Made by a program: the position numbers and the translations under genes. From an uncultured Alphaproteobacteria bacterium (GTDB lineage: Bacteria > Pseudomonadota > Alphaproteobacteria > Rhizobiales > Xanthobacteraceae), in assembly GCA_963792715.1 (NCBI GenBank), contig CAWBXE010000005.1:116475-180474 (forward strand): a stretch of 64,000 nt of DNA. The letters run 5' to 3'. The notes beneath the pieces were generated by a model, which was not told where the DNA came from, did not search any database, and saw nothing but the letters and a program-made list of their open reading frames with translations. Within the stretch, counting starts at the first letter, position 1; every line of letters starts with the position of its first letter. Of this stretch, positions 56,518 to 64,000 are shown piece after piece.

Positions 56518-56543
56518 GGAACCAACGCACCTTGCGAGGCTTT
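56518..56543 (+). promoter_or_regulatory. weaker EcfG-type promoter for glgE-treS-glgB
   Basis: GGAAC-N17-CTTT, 70 nt upstream of the glgE GTG. Confidence 0.4.
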
Positions 56544-56613
56544 TGTATATGATCAAGCCGTCTCTTTTTGAGCTTTTTTGAACGGGGACGCCATTTCCTA
56601 TGCTGGCATTATC

Positions 56614-58569
56614 GTGAACAAGACAACCCAGATAACGCAGAGCGCCGCAGCCGGCGGGGCGTTTCATATTGAAGACGTCTATCCGCGCATCGACGACGGC
56701 CGCTTTCCCTTAAAGCGCATTGTCGGCGAACGCATCGAGGTATGGGCGGACATCTATCGCGATGGTCACGACATCACGTCTGCCGCGCTGGTATGGCGGC
56801 TGGAGCTCGACCGTGATTGGCACCGCGAGCCTCTGGTTCGCGGCATCAACGATCGCTGGGGCGGATCGTTCATGCCGCAATCGCCGGGCCGTTACGTCTA
56901 TGCCATCGAAGCCTGGACGGACGAGTTCGCGACCTGGCGGCACGGTTTCGAACTCAAACAAAAGGCTGGCGCCGATCTGACGCTCGACGCCATCGAAGGC
57001 GCGGGGATGCTCACCAAGGCGCAGCCGGACGACAAGGCCGCGGCCTCGATCATTCTAAGGCAATGCGAAGACTATCTCCAGACCGGCGAGGTAGAAACGC
57101 TGCTGTCGCCCGATTTGCAGGACGCCATGGCGAAGAGCCAGGCCAGAGCCGATCTGACGCGCTCGAAACTGTTTCCGCTGATGGTGGATCGCCCAAGGGC
57201 GCGCGACGGCGCCTGGTATGAGATGGTGCCGCGCAGTCAGGGTATCACTCCCGGCAAGCACGGCACATTCAAGGACTGTATCGAGCGTTTGCCCGATGTC
57301 GCGGCCATGGGCTTTGATGTCGTCTACCTCACCCCGATCCATCCGATCGGTGAGATAAATCGCAAAGGCCGCAACAACGCGGTGAAGGCCGCCGAAGGCG
57401 ACCCCGGCAGTCCTTATGCAATCGGCGCTTCCTCCGGCGGCCACGACGCCGTCCATCCGGAATTAGGCACGCTGCAGGATTTTCGCGAATTCGTTGCGGC
57501 CTGCAAGTCGCATGACATGGAGGTTGCGCTCGATTTTGCCGTGCAGTGTTCGCCGGATCATCCCTGGTTGAAGCAGCATCCGCAATGGTTCAAGAAGCGC
57601 CCCGACGGTTCGATGCGCTATGCGGAAAATCCGCCGAAAAAATATGAAGACATTGTCAATCCCGATTTCGCATCCGAGGACGCCGGCGCTCTGTGGAATG
57701 CGCTGCGCGATGTCGTGCTGTTCTGGATCGATCAAGGCGTACGCATTTTCCGCGTCGACAATCCGCACACCAAGCCATTCCGGTTCTGGGAATGGATGAT
57801 CCACGAAGTTCAGTTCCTGCATCCGGATACTATTTTCCTCGCGGAGGCCTTCACGCGGCCGAAATTGATGAAGGGACTGGCCAAGCTCGGTTTCACGCAG
57901 TCCTACACGTACTTCACCTGGCGTACCGAGAAGTGGGAGATCGAACAATATCTCAACGAGCTGTCGGGCTATCCCGAACGCGATTTTTATCGGCCGAACT
58001 TCTTCGTTAATACCCCGGATATCCTGCCCTACCACCTGCAAAGCGGCGAGACCTGGATGTTCAAGTCGCGTGTCGCGCTTGCGGCCACTTTGTCCAGCAC
58101 CTACGGCGTGTACAGCGGCTTCGAATTGATCGAGCATGACGCCATTCCCGGCAAGGAAGAATATCTCAACTCGGAAAAATACGAGATCAAAGTGCGGGAT
58201 TGGGACAAGCCCGGCAATATCAAGCCATATATCCGCGATCTCAATCAGGCACGCCGCGCCAACCCGGCCCTGCAGCAAACTAGCAATCTGCGCTTCATAG
58301 GGATCGACGACGTCAACGTGATCGGTTTCGTCAAAGAATCCGCGGATCGATCCAATACGGTTGTGGCTGCGATTGCGCTGTCGCGCGACGTTCACGAATT
58401 CTGGTTTCCGATCGGCGACATTCAGATCAGCGCAAATGGCGAACTTCGCCAGGTCGCTGCCATCGAAAATCTGATCACCGGTGAGCGCCACCCCGTTGAA
58501 TGGGGCGGCATTCGTTTGCGCATCGATCCGGTCCGCGATCCCGCCCTGCTCTTTCGCTGCCTGGCGTAA
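56614..58569 (+). CDS. glgE: alpha-1,4-glucan:maltose-1-phosphate maltosyltransferase
   Basis: WYEMVPRS, PIHPIG..NRKGRNN, GSPYAIG, YAENPPKKYED, FRVDNPHTK, FLAEAFTRP, NTPDIL, NSEKYE. Confidence 0.95.
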   Translation: MNKTTQITQSAAAGGAFHIEDVYPRIDDGRFPLKRIVGERIEVWADIYRDGHDITSAALVWRLELDRDWHREPLVRGINDRWGGSFMPQSPGRYVYAIEAWTDEFATWRHGFELKQKAGADLTLDAIEGAGMLTKAQPDDKAAASIILRQCEDYLQTGEVETLLSPDLQDAMAKSQARADLTRSKLFPLMVDRPRARDGAWYEMVPRSQGITPGKHGTFKDCIERLPDVAAMGFDVVYLTPIHPIGEINRKGRNNAVKAAEGDPGSPYAIGASSGGHDAVHPELGTLQDFREFVAACKSHDMEVALDFAVQCSPDHPWLKQHPQWFKKRPDGSMRYAENPPKKYEDIVNPDFASEDAGALWNALRDVVLFWIDQGVRIFRVDNPHTKPFRFWEWMIHEVQFLHPDTIFLAEAFTRPKLMKGLAKLGFTQSYTYFTWRTEKWEIEQYLNELSGYPERDFYRPNFFVNTPDILPYHLQSGETWMFKSRVALAATLSSTYGVYSGFELIEHDAIPGKEEYLNSEKYEIKVRDWDKPGNIKPYIRDLNQARRANPALQQTSNLRFIGIDDVNVIGFVKESADRSNTVVAAIALSRDVHEFWFPIGDIQISANGELRQVAAIENLITGERHPVEWGGIRLRIDPVRDPALLFRCLA

Positions 58570-58580
58570 GGGTAATTGTC

Positions 58581-61500
58581 ATGAATGTGATGTCGTCGAT
58601 CGATGAAACCGGATTGCCTGACGCTGCCACAGGCGGCGCCGACGATCTCTGGTACAAAGACGCCATTATCTATCAGCTCCACGTCAAGGCTTTCGCCGAC
58701 AGTAATAATGATGGGATCGGCGACTTCACGGGACTGACCGACAAGCTCGATTATCTTCAGGAGCTGGGCGTTACCGCGCTGTGGCTGTTGCCATTCTATC
58801 CCTCCCCCGGCCGCGATGACGGCTACGACATCGGCGACTACGGCGCCATCAATCCCGATTTCGGCACGATGAAGGATTTTCGGCGCTTCATCGTCGAAGC
58901 CAAGCGGCGCGGCCTGCGCGTCATCACCGAGCTCGTGATCAACCACACTTCCGACCAGCATGACTGGTTCAAGCGCGCCCGCCGCAGCCCGAAAGGCTCA
59001 TCGGCGCGCGACTGGTATGTCTGGAGCGACACCGACCAGAAATATCAGGGTACGCGGATCATCTTCACCGATACCGAGAAGTCGAACTGGACCTGGGATG
59101 CTGAGGCCGGCCAGTTCTACTGGCACCGGTTTTTCTCGCACCAGCCGGATCTCAACTTCGACAATCCGCGCGTCGTTAGCGCCGTCGTGCAGGTGATGAA
59201 GCGCTGGCTCGATACCGGCGTCGATGGCTTTCGGCTCGATGCGATTCCCTATCTGTGCGAACGCGACGGCACCAACAATGAAAATCTTCCCGAGACGCAC
59301 GCGGTCATCAGGAACTTGCGTGCCGAACTCGACGCTTATGCCAAAGGCAAGGTGTTGCTGGCCGAGGCCAATCAATGGCCCGAGGATGTGCAGGAATATT
59401 TCGGCCAGGGCGACGAATGCCAGATGGCCTACCATTTTCCGCTGATGCCGCGCATCTATATGGCGATCGCGCAGGAGGACCGGTTTCCAATCACCGACAT
59501 CCTGCGGCAAACGCCGGATATTCCGAACAATTGCCAGTGGGCGCTGTTCCTGCGCAACCATGACGAGCTGACGCTCGAAATGGTAACCGATGTCGAGCGC
59601 GATTATCTCTGGTCGACCTACGCCAACGACCCCCGCGCCCGCATCAACGTGGGCATTCGCCGCCGCCTTGCGCCGCTGATGGACAACGATCGGCGCAAGA
59701 TCGAGTTGATGAATTCGATGCTGCTGTCGTTTCCGGGCACGCCGATCATCTATTATGGCGACGAAATCGGCATGGGCGACAACATTTATCTGGGTGACCG
59801 CAACGGAGTGCGTACGCCGATGCAGTGGACGCCGGATCGCAATGGCGGATTTTCCCGCGCGGACCCCGCGCGGCTCTATGCGCCGACCATCATGGACCCG
59901 GTGTATGGGTACGAATCCGTCAATGTCGAGGCGCAGTCGCGCAGCCTGTCCTCGCTGCTGAGTGCTACCAAACGCCTCATCGCGGTGCGTAAATCGACGG
60001 CCGCCTTCGGCCGCGGCACCATGACGTTCATCCGCCCGGTCAATCGATCGGTGCTGGCCTATGTCAGGCAATACGGCGATGAAGTCATTCTATGCGTCGC
60101 CAATCTTTCTCGATCCGCCCAGGCCACCGAACTAGATCTGTCGGTCTGGAAGGACCGCATTCCCCTGGAGATGCTGGGCCGTACGCGTTTCCCGGCGATC
60201 GGTGAATTGCCCTACATGATCACGCTGGCGCCCTACGGTTTCTACTGGTTTCAGCTGCGCGCGGGAGAGAAATCCGAAACTGCCTCGAGCGTTGTGCCGG
60301 AATTCGAAACGCTGGTGGTGCCGGTCGGCGCCACATGGATGTCGCTCGGCAGAACGCGCGGCGTGTTCGAGCACGATGTGCTGCCGGCGTTTCTGGCCCG
60401 GACGCGATGGTATCCCGAACGGTCAGCCAAGGCGATCCACCCGAAGCTGACGTCGGCGGTGCCGTTCGCCGAGATCGGCGACAACCGGCCGTGGCTGGCG
60501 TTTTTTGAAACCGCGCAGCACGGCACGACCACGCGGTACGTGCTGCCGATGCGCATCGAATGGACCCGCTTCGACCGCGAGAAGTATAATCCGCGCGCTT
60601 TCGCGGCCGTACGTCAAGGCGCGCGCGAAGGCACGCTACTGGATGTCGCCAGCGATCACATCTTTATCGAACTGCTGCTCTACAATCTGCGCCGGGAAGT
60701 CGTGGTTGAGGAGGAAAAAGGCGTCAGGCTCGAATTCCGCCCGACCAGGAAATTCCTCGAATTGCCGGTCAAGCCGTTGCAGCATATCCGCGCGGTCGAA
60801 ACCGAGCAGTCAAACAGCACCGCACTGGTCGACAATGATTACGTCATCAAGCTCTACCGTAAGCTGCAGGCCGGCATCAATCCGGAGATCGAGGTTAGCC
60901 GCTTCCTGACCGACGTCGCGGGTTTCGCCAATACACCGACATTGCTGGGCAGCGTTGAATTGGTCGAGGGCGACAGCTCCAACGCAGTCGCGATCGTTCA
61001 TGCTTTTGTCGAAAATCAGGGCGATGCCTGGACGGTCACCGCGGCATATCTCGACCGTTTCGTTGAAGAACAACGCCTCCTTGCCGCCGCCGACGTGCCG
61101 GCGAAAGCGAAGAGCAGGTCCCGTATCTGCGTTACATGTCGCAAACGGGCAAACGCGTGTCGGAGATGCACCTTGCGTTTGGGAGCAGCACGGAATTCAA
61201 CGATTTCAATCCAGAACCAACCAGACCGGAGGATGTGCGGGCATGGATCGCTGACGTTGTCGCGCGGGCGGAGCGGCTCTGCGACGGACTGGAGGCGCGC
61301 CGCAACGCGGCAAAGGAAGCCGACCGCGCCCTGATCGATAAGCTCCTCGACGCAGCGTCCAACTTGCTGGACCGGTCTGCGGAAATTGCTCCCGGAAACG
61401 TCGACGGCCTGAACATCCGTCATCACGGCGATTTCCATCTGGGACAAATGCTGATCGTCAAGGACGATATCTTCATCATCGATTTCGAAGGCGAACCGCG

Positions 61501-61887
61501 CCGTTCCCTCGATGAGCGCCGCCGCAAGGCGCCCGCCGCGCGAGATGTCGCCGGCCTTGATCCGGTCGATCGATTATTCCGCGACCGCGGCGCTGGATCG
61601 CGCCTTGAAAATGGCGCCGGATGAACACGGCAAGCTGGCTGCCGCGCTCGATGAATGGCGCGATCGTTCCACGGCGGCATTTTTTAAGGCTTATCGCGAG
61701 ACCATGACCGACGCACGGCTTTGGCCCGCGGACCCCCGAGCCGCCGAGCGGATGTTGAATTTCTTTCTGCTGGAAAAAGCGTTCTACGAAATCGAGTACG
61801 AACTGGCGCACCGGCCCGGACTGGCTGCGCGTTCCGCTTGCCGGCACGCTTCGAATTCTGTCCAAACACACCGAAGAGGCCTCATGA
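58581..61887 (+). CDS. treS: trehalose synthase / maltokinase fusion (frameshifts after about 61100)
   Basis: [54 protein letters not shown]; C-terminal [20 protein letters not shown]. Confidence 0.93.
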
Positions 61888-64000
61888 CGAAACTATCCGC
61901 AGAGGCCTATGCCATCGTCGAAGGCCGGCATTCCGATCCGTTTCATTATCTCGGCCTTCATACCGAGGATGACAGAACCGTTGTCCGCGCATTTTTGCCG
62001 GAAGCAACGGATGTCGACGCGATCGATGAGAACGGCGGAACGGCGAAGCTCGCGCGCATTCATGAGGCCGGACTGTTCGCCGGTGCGCTCCCCAATGGCT
62101 CGAAGCGCTACCAATTACGCGCTCGTTTTGGCGACAACGTCGTCGAACTTGAGGACCCCTACCGCTTTCCGCCTGTGCTGACCGATTTCGATCTGTATCT
62201 GCTCGGCGAAGGCACCCATCAGCGGCTTTACGACAAGCTCGGCGCGCATCCGATGACGCTGGACGGCGTGGATGGCGTGGCTTTTGTCGTTTTCGCGCCG
62301 AACGCCCGCCGCGTCAGCGTCGTCGGCGATTTCAATTTCTGGAATGCGCGGCGTCATCCGATGCGCGTGCGCGGCAACGGCTATTGGGAATTGTTCGTGC
62401 CGCGCGCTGTCGACGGCGATCACTACAAATTCGATATTATCGGACCGCAGGGACAACTGCCGTTGAAGTCCGATCCGATGGCGTTTGCCGCCGAAATGCG
62501 TCCAAGCACCGCCTCCATCGTGCTGGATGAGACCAAGCTGCCGCATCCGCGCAACGCTCCAACGGGCATCAATGCGCTCAGCGCGCCGATGTCGATCTAC
62601 GAAGTTCATCTCGGCTCGTGGCGGCGTAAGGACAACAACGAATGGCTGACCTATCGCGAACTGGCGGACGTGCTGCCGCGTTACGTGCGGGACCTCGGAT
62701 TCACCCACGTGGAGTTTCTGCCCATCAACGAGCATCCGTTCGACGGCTCATGGGGCTACCAGCCTACCGGAATGTATGCGCCGACCAGCCGCTTCGGCAC
62801 GCCTGAGGATTTCTCCGCACTGGTCGATGCGTGCCATCGCGAAGGCTTGGGCGTCATGCTGGATTGGGTTCCCGGGCATTTTCCGGACGATCCGCACGGG
62901 CTCGGCAATTTCGATGGCACCGCCCTTTACGAACATGCCAATCCGCTGCAGGGCCGCCATCTCGACTGGGGCACGCTGATCTACAACTACGGCCGCACCG
63001 AAGTCGTAAATTTCCTCGTGTCGAACGCACTGTTCTGGCTGGAGCGATATGGCATCGACGGGTTGCGTGTCGATGCCGTCGCCTCGATGCTGTATCTCGA
63101 TTATAGCCGGCCCGCGGGCGGGTGGATACCCAACAAATATGGCGGACGCGAAAATCTCGAGGCCATCGACTTCTTGCGGCGCTTCAATACGGAAGTCTTT
63201 GCGAAATTTCCTGGGGCCACCACAGCTGCGGAGGAATCGACCGCCTGGCCGCAGGTGTCACGCCCTGTCGAATTTGGCGGGCTGGGATTCGGTTACAAGT
63301 GGAACATGGGCTGGATGCACGACACGCTGAATTATATCAGCAAGGATCCCATCCATCGCAAGCACCATCACGGCGACATCCTGTTCGGGCTGCAATACGC
63401 GTTCTCGGAAAATTTCATCCTGCCACTGTCTCATGACGAAGTCGTGCACGGCAAACGTTCGATCATCGGCCGCATGCCCGGCGATAACTGGCAGCGCTTT
63501 GCCAATCTGCGCGCCTACTATTCCTTCATGTTCGGGCATCCCGGCAAGAAGCTGATGTTCATGGGCTGCGAATTCGCGCAGGAGCGGGAGTGGAATCACG
63601 ACCGGTCGCTCGACTGGCATCTGCTCGATCAGAAGCAACACGCCGGCATCCAGTCTCTGATCCGCGACCTCAACGAGCTCTATCGCAAGCTGCCGGCGTT
63701 GCACGAAATGGATTGCGATCAATCTGGATTCGAATGGATCGTTACCGACGATGCGAGAGGCAATGTCTTCGCCTGGATGCGCAAGGGCAATGCGGGTCGC
63801 GCGCAGTGTCTCGTCATCGTCAATTTCTCGCCGAACGTCTATCATGACTACCGCCTTCGTGTTCCGTTCGCCGGCAAGTGGCGGGAAGTTCTCAATTCGA
63901 ACTCCGCGCACTACGGCGGCAGTAATGTCGGGAACGTGGGCGAGGTCCGGACGTTGGAAGGCTTGGTTCCGCAGCTCAGTCTCACCTTACCTCCCCTCGC
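61884..64000 (+). CDS. glgB: 1,4-alpha-glucan branching enzyme, 3'-truncated by the window (absent from ORF track)
   Basis: Manual reading: [76 protein letters not shown]. Confidence 0.95.
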   Translation, partial: MTKLSAEAYAIVEGRHSDPFHYLGLHTEDDRTVVRAFLPEATDVDAIDENGGTAKLARIHEAGLFAGALPNGSKRYQLRARFGDNVVELEDPYRFPPVLTDFDLYLLGEGTHQRLYDKLGAHPMTLDGVDGVAFVVFAPNARRVSVVGDFNFWNARRHPMRVRGNGYWELFVPRAVDGDHYKFDIIGPQGQLPLKSDPMAFAAEMRPSTASIVLDETKLPHPRNAPTGINALSAPMSIYEVHLGSWRRKDNNEWLTYRELADVLPRYVRDLGFTHVEFLPINEHPFDGSWGYQPTGMYAPTSRFGTPEDFSALVDACHREGLGVMLDWVPGHFPDDPHGLGNFDGTALYEHANPLQGRHLDWGTLIYNYGRTEVVNFLVSNALFWLERYGIDGLRVDAVASMLYLDYSRPAGGWIPNKYGGRENLEAIDFLRRFNTEVFAKFPGATTAAEESTAWPQVSRPVEFGGLGFGYKWNMGWMHDTLNYISKDPIHRKHHHGDILFGLQYAFSENFILPLSHDEVVHGKRSIIGRMPGDNWQRFANLRAYYSFMFGHPGKKLMFMGCEFAQEREWNHDRSLDWHLLDQKQHAGIQSLIRDLNELYRKLPALHEMDCDQSGFEWIVTDDARGNVFAWMRKGNAGRAQCLVIVNFSPNVYHDYRLRVPFAGKWREVLNSNSAHYGGSNVGNVGEVRTLEGLVPQLSLTLPPL

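Noticed and set aside
1-64000. CRISPR, prophage, IS, integron, defence system, rRNA or tRNA
   Set aside because: No spaced direct-repeat array, integrase, transposase or structural-RNA signature recognised by eye; a covariance-model scan would be needed to exclude small ncRNAs.

Overview
A high-GC, gene-dense core-chromosome segment of a Bradyrhizobiaceae/Nitrobacteraceae-type alphaproteobacterium (glnII, the tal-pgi fusion, tarD and rhizobial intergenic palindromes all point that way). No CRISPR array, prophage, transposase, rRNA or tRNA was recognised. About 20 genes are split by single-base frameshifts, including conserved ones such as mfd, rimO and pqqBCE, which I read as uncorrected long-read errors and not real pseudogenes. 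Contents in order: DUF2147, cupin and RraA-family genes; pxpBCA; a nirA plus FeS-flavoprotein pair; rimO, qor, terC, pcs, ubiH-like, AEC transporter, hspQ, ialB; a solute-binding protein / degenerate adenylate-forming protein / PopA-like degenerate GGDEF module; glnII, glsA, mfd, sdhE, recG; amidase-GPx-DUF3297-tarD; pqqABCDE followed by a prolyl aminopeptidase; a three-gene 2-oxoacid oxidoreductase; a pentose-phosphate operon; and an alpha-glucan/trehalose cluster (GH15, malQ, glgE, treS-mak, glgB running off the window). The best leads are the PopA-like c-di-GMP effector next to a pseudo-adenylation enzyme, a shared N-terminal motif in NirA and its flavodoxin-less partner, the peptidase coupled to pqqE, back-to-back EcfG-type promoters, and two small ORFs missed by the ORF track. 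All family calls are from motif recognition by eye; no database search was run.
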